This document shows positions 54,337 through 62,770 of a stretch of 62,770 nt of DNA, piece by piece. The stretch is from Minisyncoccota bacterium (GTDB lineage Bacteria > Patescibacteriota > Microgenomatia > UBA1400 > PJMF01). The notes under the pieces were generated by a model. That model made no database searches. It had not been told where the DNA came from and saw only the letters and a list, made by a program, of their open reading frames with translations. Numbering within the stretch: the stretch's first letter is position 1; the number at the start of each line of letters is the position of its first letter. The translations under genes and the position numbers were made by a program. The stretch lies in NCBI GenBank assembly GCA_003173865.1, contig PJMF01000003.1:1-62770 (forward strand), written 5' to 3'.

Positions 54337-56169
54337 TTAAAATTGCTCCAAAAAGCGGAGGTCTCCGCTATATAACAAACGAATGTCATCAATATTTAAG
54401 CCTTCCTTGAGTGTGTATGTACGCTCGATCCCCCAGCCAAACGCAAAGCCAGTATATTTTTCTGGATCAATCCCACCCGCTTTGAGAACATTTGGATGGA
54501 CCATCCCAGCTCCCCCCACTTCGTGCCAACCTGATTTGCAAAAACGGCATTTGGTAGTTTCACCATCATGAGTAACTTGACCAGTTCCTTGACAAATATG
54601 ACAACTGAAATCAACTTCGAAAGATGGCTCTGTGAATTGAAAATGGAAAGGGCGAATACGGCTTTTCGTGCCTGGGCCATAAAACTGCTCAGCAAAATAA
54701 TTGAGTGTACCTTTTAAGTGTTGAATAGTAATTCCTTTATCCACAACGAGGCCTTCAAATTGATGAAACATTTGCGTGTGGGTTGCGTCTTGCTGGCGAC
54801 GATAACAGCGACTAATGTTAATCATGCGCATGGGTGGTTGAGAGTGTAGGCGTTCCATTTCGCGCACTTGGCCATTTGAGGTATGCGTCGTCAACACAAC
54901 TTTGCCAAATGCTTGATTCGCTGGGACATCCACAAAAAACGTTTCCCATTCATCACGAGCGGGGTGATTTGGTGGCATATTGAGTGCCTCAAACACATAG
55001 TGGTCCCAGTCAACTTCCGGATAGCGCACGCGCGTAAATCCAATTTGTTCAAAAATATGTGTAATTTCTTCCATTGCTTGCGACACAGGGTGCATGTGAC
55101 CAACAGCGGGTTTTTTCCCCGGCACGGTCAAGTCAACCCAAGCTTGGGTTGCAACGTGCTGTGTTTGTGCAGCGGCGATGGCTGTTTCGAGTGAAGTTTT
55201 GAGTTCATTGATGTACTGGCCAGCCAATTTTTTTTCTTGAGGTTGAATGTCTTTGAGTGTTTGTGCAAGCTGATTAAAAACACCTTTTTTACCTAAATAC
55301 TTACTTTGTAATTTTTCTGGTTGTGCGTTGTCTTTGAGAAATTCTGCCTTCATGTGTTCAATGTTTTGCAGCAATGCATTGAGTTGATCTGAAGGTTGAA
55401 CGGATGATGCTTCTTCGATTTTTGTCTGGTTTTTTGCAACTGAAGACACTTCCTCAGCAACAGTGTGAATGACGCGCCACTTGCCGTCTTTTTCAACGAT
55501 ATCTGTAACCATGATTGGCCAAGCTTCGCCAGTTGAGAGTAACTGTGTTCCACCATCTGGCATTGGTGGATACTCACCGATTTGGACAATGCGGAGCTCT
55601 TTGTTTTGCGGAAGATCAAAAGGGAGTTTAATTTGGCGCTCGATCAGTTGCTCATAACTGACCATCTCACTCGTGATTGGCAAGTTTGCTGCACGAATAT
55701 GGTCGATGGCTGATTGAATTTGCGGAATTAAATCAGTGTGTAAGGGAGTGGAAAACTCGACGAAAAGTTGTTTACCAATACCGTGATTTCCATCAACACT
55801 TTGCGCACCCAACACGACATTTTTGACTGCTTGATCAATGATATGACCAGCGGTGTGTTGCTGCATGTGCTGGTATCGGCGTCGCCAATTAATTTCGAGT
55901 GTCACTTCTTCGCCGGCTTCGATTTCCCCACTGAGAGTTCCTTTGTGTAGTACGGCGCCGCCGTTATACGAAACATGGGTAACACTAAATGCGCTCTTCT
56001 CCCCCATGATCGAACCCCAATCAGCTGGTTGTCCACCACCCTGAGCGTAAAAAATTGTTTGGTCAAGAATTAATGCAGTTTGTGTTCCATCACGCACCAC
56101 TTCCAGCACTTTTGCAGTTGCGCTTTTTTGATATGCATCTTGAAAGTAAAGAAGTTTGGTTGTGCTCAT
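54337..56169 (-). CDS. pheS: phenylalanine--tRNA ligase alpha subunit fused to an N-terminal AlaX-like (tRNA_SAD-type) domain
   Basis: 610 aa. Residues about 1-245 are AlaX-like (LLYFQDAYQKSATAKVLEV...LDQTIFYAQGGGQPADWG...QQHTAGHII...). Residues about 250-610 are a normal PheS (coiled coil, motifs FRPFHFQFTEPSFEVD and GFAFGWGIER, and a CxxC..CxxC knuckle). Confidence 0.93.
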   Translation of the reverse strand: MSTTKLLYFQDAYQKSATAKVLEVVRDGTQTALILDQTIFYAQGGGQPADWGSIMGEKSAFSVTHVSYNGGAVLHKGTLSGEIEAGEEVTLEINWRRRYQHMQQHTAGHIIDQAVKNVVLGAQSVDGNHGIGKQLFVEFSTPLHTDLIPQIQSAIDHIRAANLPITSEMVSYEQLIERQIKLPFDLPQNKELRIVQIGEYPPMPDGGTQLLSTGEAWPIMVTDIVEKDGKWRVIHTVAEEVSSVAKNQTKIEEASSVQPSDQLNALLQNIEHMKAEFLKDNAQPEKLQSKYLGKKGVFNQLAQTLKDIQPQEKKLAGQYINELKTSLETAIAAAQTQHVATQAWVDLTVPGKKPAVGHMHPVSQAMEEITHIFEQIGFTRVRYPEVDWDHYVFEALNMPPNHPARDEWETFFVDVPANQAFGKVVLTTHTSNGQVREMERLHSQPPMRMINISRCYRRQQDATHTQMFHQFEGLVVDKGITIQHLKGTLNYFAEQFYGPGTKSRIRPFHFQFTEPSFEVDFSCHICQGTGQVTHDGETTKCRFCKSGWHEVGGAGMVHPNVLKAGGIDPEKYTGFAFGWGIERTYTLKEGLNIDDIRLLYSGDLRFLEQF

Positions 56170-56192
56170 GATGACCGGCTCTATTGTAAACT

Positions 56193-56215
56193 AAAAAACC
56201 CCGTTTTTGACGGGG
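56193..56215 (-). terminator. rho-independent terminator downstream of rplT
   Basis: The minus strand reads AAAACCCCG-TCAAAAA-CGGGGTTTTTT, 30 nt after the rplT stop. Confidence 0.6.
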
Positions 56216-56244
56216 TTTTCTGATTTTCTTTTTTTAGTAAAAAA

Positions 56245-56598
56245 TTAGCCCCGCACTTTTTGAACGATCGTTTTAAATGACTCAAAATCAGAAACTGCAA
56301 TGTCTGCCAGAATTTTTCGATCAAGTCCTAAGTTGGCTTTTTTCGCCATGTTCATGAAACGAGAGTAGTTTAAGCCATCACCAATGGTTTTCAATGCAGC
56401 GGTGATGCGTAAGATCCATAACGAACGCATATCGCGCTTGCGCAGCTTGCGACCAATAAATGCGTATTGGCCTGCGTGAAGGTCGGCTTCGTGTGCACGT
56501 TTGTATAAACGAGTGTTTGCACCGCGAAAACCTTTTGTGCGAGTAAGTAATTTTTTATGACGGCGGTGGCGGGTAAAACCAGTTTTTGTGCGTGCCAT
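56245..56598 (-). CDS. rplT: 50S ribosomal protein L20
   Basis: 117 aa starting MARTKTGFTRHRRHKKLLTRTKGFRG... Confidence 0.95.
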   Translation of the reverse strand: MARTKTGFTRHRRHKKLLTRTKGFRGANTRLYKRAHEADLHAGQYAFIGRKLRKRDMRSLWILRITAALKTIGDGLNYSRFMNMAKKANLGLDRKILADIAVSDFESFKTIVQKVRG

Positions 56599-56611
56599 AT
56601 GTTCCTTTTTT

Positions 56612-56815
56612 TTATCTTAAACCTAACATGTGTTTAATACGACGTGCCCACTTGCCAGTGACTTCAACTGGTTTGCGATATGCACGAATCGCTTTTTTAC
56701 TTTTGTGACGGCGAATGTGGCGCATGTTCTGTGAGCGACGAAGCACTTTGCCACTGCCCGTAACTTTGAAGCGTTTCGCAGTACCTTTGCGAGTTTTTTG
56801 TTTATATTTTTGCAT
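56612..56815 (-). CDS. rpmI: 50S ribosomal protein L35
   Basis: I trimmed it to the ATG at 56815. It reads MQKYKQKTRKGTAKRFKVTGSGKVLRR... Confidence 0.9.
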   Translation of the reverse strand: MQKYKQKTRKGTAKRFKVTGSGKVLRRSQNMRHIRRHKSKKAIRAYRKPVEVTGKWARRIKHMLGLR

Positions 56816-56832
56816 ACCCTCTCCATCCATGT

Positions 56833-57381
56833 TTATTTTTTCTTGATTGGCATGAGTTGTGCCATCATTTTTTTCCCAAGTAACTTTGGTGTAATCTCGA
56901 CTGTAGCAATTTCAGCAGTTGCTGTAATCACTTTGTCGATTTGTTCGCGGCCAAACTCTTGTTTGGTAATTGTTCGGCCTTTGAACTCCAAAGTAAGACG
57001 TACTTTATCGCCTCGTTTTAAGAACTCCATGACCTTTTTTAGTCTGGTTTGAAAGTCGCCTTCGCCCATAAATGGAGTAAAACGAACTTCTTTAATTTCT
57101 TGAACTTTGGCTTTTTTTCTGCCTTCAGCCTTTTTTTGTTGAAGCTGATAGCGGTACTTCGACAGACTAATGATTTTGACAATCGGTGGCTGGGCATTTT
57201 CGGTAACCATCACCAAATCTTTTTCTTGATCGCGAGCCAGCTGTAACGCTTCGCGGGTAGGCATCACTCCGAGCATTTCCCCCAGTTCTGTAAGGACTCT
57301 CACCTCTGGGACCTGAATGTTGTTATTCGCGGTAATGCGTGGTTGTTGCTGTGGCCGCTGGAACGATCTTTTTTTAATCAT
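56833..57381 (-). CDS. infC: translation initiation factor IF-3
   Basis: 182 aa with ITANNNIQVPEVRVLTELGEMLGVM, and the conserved infC-rpmI-rplT gene order. Confidence 0.93.
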   Translation of the reverse strand: MIKKRSFQRPQQQPRITANNNIQVPEVRVLTELGEMLGVMPTREALQLARDQEKDLVMVTENAQPPIVKIISLSKYRYQLQQKKAEGRKKAKVQEIKEVRFTPFMGEGDFQTRLKKVMEFLKRGDKVRLTLEFKGRTITKQEFGREQIDKVITATAEIATVEITPKLLGKKMMAQLMPIKKK

Positions 57382-57467
57382 GTGTCTAAACGACTTCTCC
57401 TGTACTAGTAAATCGAAGATGTATTATCACATGAGGTGGCAAATAAATCCAGATGTCATTGAGCTTC

Positions 57468-58337
57468 TTAGAGTACTTCGCTCTCATTGCCAGTGTCGTT
57501 ATCAGATTGCTTCAAAATAAAGAGATCCTGGCCGTAGTCATTGAGTCCTACGAACTCGGCTTCTCCCTTGAGGACGGCTTCAAAGGGCTTGCAGGCAAAG
57601 CAGCCGGTTTGCTGAGGGCACTTAAAGATATTAAGTTTGCGGGCAAGTTTGATGTCTTTTGCAATTTTGAGGAGCTTTTGTTTTGCTTCTTCCAGATTTG
57701 GAAGGGTTTGGGCAGTTAAATCATCACTCCGCCCAATGTACCAATAACTCGCTCGAGTCGCTTTGCGTTTTTGGCAGTTTGAGACGAGTAAATGATAAAT
57801 AGGCAGCTGAAGAGAATCGCTATCTTCGTCATTCTTGCCGGTCTTGAAGTCAATAATGTGGACCGTATCTTCATCTGGAAAGTACTCCAACCAGTCGATT
57901 TTGCCACAGAGAATGATTTCGTCGCTCTCGGACAACCAAAAGTGTGGAAGGTCCATCTTAATCTTCACCGCTAAATTTTTTAATGGGCCAGGATGAGCCA
58001 TGACTCGGCGGAGCATTTCTTCGCCTCGTTGTTTATAGCGTTGCTCTTGTTCGGGATTGGAAAAACCGCCGCGTTTGCCACTTACTTTTTGCCAAGATTT
58101 GTCAAACTTGGCAATTAAAGACTCTTGAAAACGAGTTTCCGTAGGGAGGACTGATAAGCCTTCAATCACTTCGTGGACACTTTGCCCAAGCGCCAGAGGT
58201 GGACTCATAATGCTCATTTTGTGGCCAGTTTCTGGACTTTTATAGACGTTTTTCAGATAGTACGCACGAGGACACTTCAAAAAATCACCGATTGACGAGT
58301 GCGAGACCCAAACAGCTGAGAATTTATCTGAAGCCAT
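57468..58337 (-). CDS. PD-(D/E)XK nuclease, Cas4/RecB-like with four Cys
   Basis: The ATG at 58337 is preceded by AAAGGA; the track ORF starts at GTG 58352. Motifs are FLKCPRAYYLK, GKIDWL, IIDFKTGK (D-x-K), LQLPIYHLL (QxxxY) and C-terminal CPQQTGCFAC. Confidence 0.8.
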   Translation of the reverse strand: MASDKFSAVWVSHSSIGDFLKCPRAYYLKNVYKSPETGHKMSIMSPPLALGQSVHEVIEGLSVLPTETRFQESLIAKFDKSWQKVSGKRGGFSNPEQEQRYKQRGEEMLRRVMAHPGPLKNLAVKIKMDLPHFWLSESDEIILCGKIDWLEYFPDEDTVHIIDFKTGKNDEDSDSLQLPIYHLLVSNCQKRKATRASYWYIGRSDDLTAQTLPNLEEAKQKLLKIAKDIKLARKLNIFKCPQQTGCFACKPFEAVLKGEAEFVGLNDYGQDLFILKQSDNDTGNESEVL

Positions 58338-58345
58338 AGAGTCCT

Positions 58346-60166
58346 TTACCACTGCGCCTTTTCTTCGATTTCTTTTTTGATTTTCTCAAGAAGTTGAGTG
58401 ACTGCCCACTCCCCGTCGCTCTTCTTGCCGCGTCGACGAACTGAAACAGTTTCGTTACTCTCTTCTGTTTTGCCGACAATAAACATGTACGGCACTTTCT
58501 GAGTCTCGGCTTTGCGAATGCGATTTTGCATTGACTCTGCTTCATCCCAGTTTTCGATGCGAATGTTTTGCGCGCGGAGCAGTTGAGTGAGTTTTTCTGC
58601 GTACTTCTGTTGATCTTGAGAAATGGGAATGACGACTGCTTGCAGGGGAGCCATCCATAACGGAAATGCGCCAGCAAAGTGTTCGATCAAGAATGCCATG
58701 AAGCGCTCGTGCACTGAAAGCGGTGCGCGGTGGATTACAAACACTTCGTTATTTTCTTTGCCATCTTTATCAACATAACTCAGGCCAAAACGCTTCTTTG
58801 CCGCAAAATCGAGTTGAATGGTTGACATGGTTTCTTCGCGACCAATGACAGATTTGAACTGCACGTCAACTTTTGGTCCGTAAAAGGCAGCTTCGTCCTC
58901 GGCTTCGACAAACGGCACGTTCATACTCTGCAGTACTTCGCGCAAAACATTTTCTGCGTACTCCCAATTTTCCGGTTCATCAATGTATTTCTCAGTATGG
59001 TCAGGACTCCACTTTGATAAACGGAACCAATAATCTTGCAGACCAAAAATCTTGAAGTACTCCATCGTTAGTTTGAGTACGCCGGCGAATTCTTCTTTAA
59101 TTTGATCTTTGCGGCAGTACATGTGGGCATCATTCATAGCAAGCGCGCGCACGCGGAGAAGCCCCGCAAGTGTTCCCGATAGCTCATTGCGATAACATGT
59201 GCCATACTCTGCGAGTCGCAACGGCAACTCTTTGTAACTGCGTGGTTTGTGCAAAAAGATACGGTGATGGTGCGGACAGTTCATGGCTTTCAAGTAGTAC
59301 GTGCCGTCGTCCATCTCCATTGGCGGATACATGCTGTCTTTATAGTATGGAAGGTGTCCAGAGGTAAGGAAGAGCTCTTCCTTCGCAATGTGTGGGGTGA
59401 CAACGCGGACATAGCCAGCTTTTTTCTCCATTTCCCGGGCGAGCTTCTCCACTTCATCACGAACGATCGTGCCATTTGGTAACCACATCACCAAACCTTT
59501 CCCAACCATGTCATCGATGAAGAAAAGTTCAAGCTCTTTGCCGAGTTTGCGATGATCGCGTTTTTTGGCTTCTTCAAGTTGGAATAAGTACTGTTCCAGT
59601 TCCTCTTGAGTGGGAAAAGCAGTGCCGTAAATGCGTGTCAACATTTTATTTTTCTCGTCGCCGTGCCAATAGGCACCTGCTACTGAAAGCAACTTAAATG
59701 CTTTGACTTCGCCTGTTGTTGCGACATGAGGGCCACTGCATAAATCCACCATCGATCCTTGTCTGCCTGGTTCTCCTGTCCAGTAAACAGTGACTTTTTC
59801 TCCCCGCGCTTCGATTTGATTGATCCATTCGAGTTTGTACGGATTGTCAGCAAAAAGTGCGCGGGCTTCTTCTGGCGAAATTTCTTGGCGTACTAAGGGC
59901 CAATTTTTCTTAATGATCTCGCGCATCTTTTTTTCAATTTTAGGAAAATTTGCTTCGGAAATGACGATCGGTTCTTTGCCCTCAGGTGATGCATCAAAGT
60001 CGAAGTAAAAACCTTCTTCAGTTGCCGGACCCATTGCCAGTTGGATATCCGGATAAAGTTCTTTCACGGCTTGGTGAAGCACGTGTTCGGCCGTGTGACG
60101 CAGGCTCCAAAGTGCTTGCTCATCTGCTGATTTTTTACTGAGTTGTTCGTCTAGTTTGTTTGACAT
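58346..60166 (-). CDS. thrS: threonine--tRNA ligase (no N-terminal TGS domain)
   Basis: 606 aa. It starts about 20 aa before the editing-domain motif LRHTAEHVLHQAV. It has class II motifs (RVRALAMNDAHMYC) and a C-terminal anticodon-binding domain. Confidence 0.95.
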   Translation of the reverse strand: MSNKLDEQLSKKSADEQALWSLRHTAEHVLHQAVKELYPDIQLAMGPATEEGFYFDFDASPEGKEPIVISEANFPKIEKKMREIIKKNWPLVRQEISPEEARALFADNPYKLEWINQIEARGEKVTVYWTGEPGRQGSMVDLCSGPHVATTGEVKAFKLLSVAGAYWHGDEKNKMLTRIYGTAFPTQEELEQYLFQLEEAKKRDHRKLGKELELFFIDDMVGKGLVMWLPNGTIVRDEVEKLAREMEKKAGYVRVVTPHIAKEELFLTSGHLPYYKDSMYPPMEMDDGTYYLKAMNCPHHHRIFLHKPRSYKELPLRLAEYGTCYRNELSGTLAGLLRVRALAMNDAHMYCRKDQIKEEFAGVLKLTMEYFKIFGLQDYWFRLSKWSPDHTEKYIDEPENWEYAENVLREVLQSMNVPFVEAEDEAAFYGPKVDVQFKSVIGREETMSTIQLDFAAKKRFGLSYVDKDGKENNEVFVIHRAPLSVHERFMAFLIEHFAGAFPLWMAPLQAVVIPISQDQQKYAEKLTQLLRAQNIRIENWDEAESMQNRIRKAETQKVPYMFIVGKTEESNETVSVRRRGKKSDGEWAVTQLLEKIKKEIEEKAQW

Positions 60167-60214
60167 ATAAAAAATTCCTTAAAGTGATAGTGTGATTGTA
60201 CCGCAAAAATGGCA

Positions 60215-60238
60215 TAAAAAATCCTCCCTGTGGGGAGG
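60215..60238 (-). terminator. rho-independent terminator between ahcY and thrS
   Basis: The minus strand reads CCTCCC-CACA-GGGAGG followed by ATTTTTTAT. It lies 133 nt downstream of the ahcY stop and about 50 nt upstream of the thrS ATG. Confidence 0.55.
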
Positions 60239-60371
60239 CTTTGTGTCGCTTCCTGAATCTCACTCTAGCCACACAACTTACTCCCCAACAGGGATGGTAG
60301 TTGTTGTGGTAGTGCGAGAAATCTCGTGCAACATGTGCTTATTTTAGCAACAAAGTAGATAATTATCAATC

Positions 60372-61682
60372 TCAATATCTATACTGCTCGCTTTTGAAAG
60401 GACCGTTTTTCTTGACACCAATGTACTCAGCTTGATCGCTACTGAGTTGCGTCAGTTTCACGCCGATTTGCTCTAAGTGTAGTGCTGCAACTTTTTCATC
60501 CAATGCTTTTGGTAAACAATACACGCCGACTTCGTATTTTTTGGTGAAAAGCTCAATTTGCGCAAGCACTTGATTCGTGAATGAGTTAGACATCACAAAC
60601 GACGGATGGCCCATGGCGCAACCCAAGTTAACGAGACGCCCTTCGGCGAGCAAGATTAATCGGTGCCCATCAGGAAAAGTATACAAATCTACTTGCGGCT
60701 TGATGGTTTCTTTCTTGATTTTAGGATATTTATTCAGTTGCTCAACTTGAATCTCCACATCAAAGTGACCGATGTTACACACGATAGCAGTGTCTTTCAT
60801 TTTTGCCATGTGTTCGATGCGAATAACATCCTTGCAACCAGTGGCGGTCACAAAAATATCGACTTCATCGAGTACATCTTCGATGCGCTTGACTTCGTAG
60901 CCTTCCATCGCAGCTTGCAGAGCACAAATTGGATCGACTTCACTGACGATTACGCGTGCTCCATTATTGCGGAGCGACTGGGTACTTCCTTTGCCCACAT
61001 CACCAAAACCAGCCACGAAAGCAACTTTTCCGGAGAGCATTACGTCAGTCGCACGACGGATTGCGTCAACGAGCGATTCGCGGCAGCCATATAGATTGTC
61101 GAATTTGGACTTGGTCACGGAGTCATTCACATTGATGGCAGGAATTTTTAACTTGCCTTCTGCCATTAATTTGTGCAAATGATGCACACCAGTGGTTGTT
61201 TCTTCCGAGACGCCTTTAATATTTGGCAACATGTCCGCGTGCTTTTCATGCACCCAAGCAGTTAAGTCACCACCATCATCCAAGATCATGTTGGGGCCAA
61301 TGAGCTTGCCATTCTTATCTTTAAATTGCAGCGTTTGTTCTGTACACCACCAGTACTCTTTCTCACTCTCGCCTTTCCAAGCAAATACGGGCGTACCTTC
61401 CGCAGCGATTGCGGCTGCGGCGTGATCTTGTGTGGAGAAAATATTGCATGATGCCCAACGGACTTCCGCACCGAGTGCTTGCAGAGTCTCAATCAATACA
61501 GCGGTCTGAATCGTCATATGTAGTGAACCTGCAATACGCGCGCCTTTGAGTGGTTTGGTTTTTGAATACTCGGCTCGGATACTCATCAATCCAGGCATTT
61601 CTTTTTCGGCGAGGTTAATTTCTGTTCGTCCCCACTTTGCGAGTGAAAGGTCTTTGACTTTGAAGTCGGTTGATTTAGACAT
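60372..61682 (-). CDS. ahcY: adenosylhomocysteinase (SAH hydrolase)
   Basis: I trimmed the track ORF to the ATG at 61682, giving [33 protein letters not shown], the canonical AhcY N-terminus. The NAD site is GFGDVGKG. Confidence 0.93.
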   Translation of the reverse strand: MSKSTDFKVKDLSLAKWGRTEINLAEKEMPGLMSIRAEYSKTKPLKGARIAGSLHMTIQTAVLIETLQALGAEVRWASCNIFSTQDHAAAAIAAEGTPVFAWKGESEKEYWWCTEQTLQFKDKNGKLIGPNMILDDGGDLTAWVHEKHADMLPNIKGVSEETTTGVHHLHKLMAEGKLKIPAINVNDSVTKSKFDNLYGCRESLVDAIRRATDVMLSGKVAFVAGFGDVGKGSTQSLRNNGARVIVSEVDPICALQAAMEGYEVKRIEDVLDEVDIFVTATGCKDVIRIEHMAKMKDTAIVCNIGHFDVEIQVEQLNKYPKIKKETIKPQVDLYTFPDGHRLILLAEGRLVNLGCAMGHPSFVMSNSFTNQVLAQIELFTKKYEVGVYCLPKALDEKVAALHLEQIGVKLTQLSSDQAEYIGVKKNGPFKSEQYRY

Positions 61683-62622
61683 GTGTCTCCTTTGAAATAT
61701 GTTTTGCGTCGTGACGTTCGAAAAACGCTTTTTTTGTAAAAAAGTGTGCCTGTGTACCATGTTTTTCAATTGCGTATGCAGCTGCAGTTGTGCCAAACTC
61801 AGCACAGGTACGAATATCAAAATCTCTGATGTATCCGTATAAAAAGCCAGCTCTGAACGCATCTCCGGCGCCGGTGGGATCAACCACAGACTCTACTTTC
61901 ATTGCCGGAACAGAAAGAATTTCGTCAGCACCCTGCTGATAAATGAGACAGCCTTTGGCGCCAAGCGTCACGATAAATATCTTGACTTTATTGCGGATTT
62001 CGTCTTCGTCCCAACCGGTTTTCTCAACTAATTGACTCATTTCGTAGTCGTTGACGATCATGAGTTCAGCTGCTTCGATTCCTGCGCGAATATCCTTGCC
62101 GGAGATATTGCTGGCCTGTTGGCCAACGTCGTAGAAAAGGCGCATCTTGCTCGCTCGACACTCTTCAACTTGTTTGGCCATTTGTTGTGGATCATGAGGA
62201 GAGATCACCACAAAATGCTCGGATGGATCAAACTCAGAAACTCGCAAACTGTGACTATCGCTCATAGCACCGGGATAAAACCCACCAACCTGGCAGTTTG
62301 CTTGATCAGTAATAACGGTAAAGGTGGCAGTTGGCAAATCCGAGTAATGGACGCGTGAAATATCAACTCCTTGTTTGCCAAGATCTTTCATGTAGCTCTT
62401 TGCGGCTGTGCCAACGCTGCCAAGTAGTACTGGTTTTTCCCCGAGAAGAGCTAACGTGTAGGCAATATTAGCAGCGACGCCGCCGCGTGTTTCTTTTAAT
62501 TCATTGATAAGCAGGCTCAGCGAAAGAACGTGAAGCTTATCTGGCTGGATGACTTCGCTAAACTTACCGGGATACACCATGATCCGGTCTAGAGCAATTG
62601 AACCTGTGAGCAAGATTTTCAC
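61675..62622 (-). CDS. PfkB-family carbohydrate/nucleoside kinase (adenosine-kinase-like)
   Basis: 315 aa with a GTG start and PfkB signature 2 ([16 protein letters not shown]). Its stop overlaps the ahcY start by 8 nt. Confidence 0.85.
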   Translation of the reverse strand: MKILLTGSIALDRIMVYPGKFSEVIQPDKLHVLSLSLLINELKETRGGVAANIAYTLALLGEKPVLLGSVGTAAKSYMKDLGKQGVDISRVHYSDLPTATFTVITDQANCQVGGFYPGAMSDSHSLRVSEFDPSEHFVVISPHDPQQMAKQVEECRASKMRLFYDVGQQASNISGKDIRAGIEAAELMIVNDYEMSQLVEKTGWDEDEIRNKVKIFIVTLGAKGCLIYQQGADEILSVPAMKVESVVDPTGAGDAFRAGFLYGYIRDFDIRTCAEFGTTAAAYAIEKHGTQAHFFTKKAFFERHDAKHISKETHV

Positions 62623-62696
62623 TCTCGGAGTATACAGTATTCCCGATGTCTTTTTACAACCTTTTTGCTAAAATAGCCTTCGCTTCATGCTCGCAA

Positions 62697-62770
62697 GACC
62701 GCGTAGCTCAGTTGGTTAGAGCGCCACATTGACATTGTGGAGGCCAGGGGTTCGAGTCCCTTCGCGGTCA
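62697..62770 (+). tRNA. tRNA-Val (anticodon GAC), ends at the window edge
   Basis: Hand-folded. Acceptor stem GACCGCG/CGCGGTC. D arm GCTC-AGTTGGTTA-GAGC. Anticodon arm CCACA-TTGACAT-TGTGG. T arm AGGGG-TTCGAGT-CCCTT. Discriminator A at 62770. Confidence 0.9.

Noticed and set aside
60167-60371. T-box riboswitch upstream of thrS
   Set aside because: The architecture (a terminator about 50 nt before the ATG) is suggestive. However, I could not find the conserved T-box sequence, the AGAGA/GNUGA elements or a specifier-loop context. The terminator is more simply explained as the ahcY terminator.
61683-61883. N-terminal 67 codons of track ORF 60372..61883 (extended AhcY)
   Set aside because: This part overlaps the PfkB kinase coding region. 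The canonical AhcY N-terminus ([19 protein letters not shown]) starts at 61682.

Overview
This 62.8-kb chromosomal window is gene-dense and reads like a streamlined small genome. I infer it is Patescibacteria/CPR-like. The evidence is trimmed housekeeping proteins, a type IV pilus locus with no secretin, and an ACP relic without fab genes. The genetic code is standard, with TGA used as a stop (tyrS, ahcY). The housekeeping backbone includes queA/tgt, yebC, a metal ABC importer with a Fur-family regulator, dgkA plus a PAP2 phosphatase, and gyrB-ppa-gyrA. It also includes a holB-like gene, rpsP-KH, rnc, nusB, rpmF, recG, tyrS, a class A PBP, pheST, rplT-rpmI-infC, thrS, ahcY plus a PfkB kinase, tRNA-Ala(GGC) and tRNA-Val(GAC). 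The dominant accessory feature is a type IV pilus superlocus at about 21.2-40.0 kb. It has pilB-pilT-pilC-pilD, five plus-strand prepilin-type genes (two are a near-identical tandem pair, one is fused to a LamG lectin-like domain), a PilX-like gene and pilMNO. A 6.5-kb opposite-strand block splits this locus. The block encodes another pilin-like protein, a 757-aa extremely Cys-rich secreted protein, low-GC orphans, a tandem pair of secreted paralogs and a second Cys-rich secreted protein. Other notable features: (1) a roughly 166-bp intergenic repeat family with three clear same-orientation copies and several possible relics; (2) a tyrosine recombinase isolated in 1.2-1.3-kb AT-rich non-coding flanks next to tRNA-Ala and dinD; (3) a PheS with an N-terminal AlaX-like domain; (4) an ACP-like protein lacking the phosphopantetheine serine; (5) a Cas4-like nuclease inserted between thrS and infC. 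I found no CRISPR array, no rRNA and no recognisable complete defence system. All calls come from reading the sequence and the ORF translations; no database search was run.
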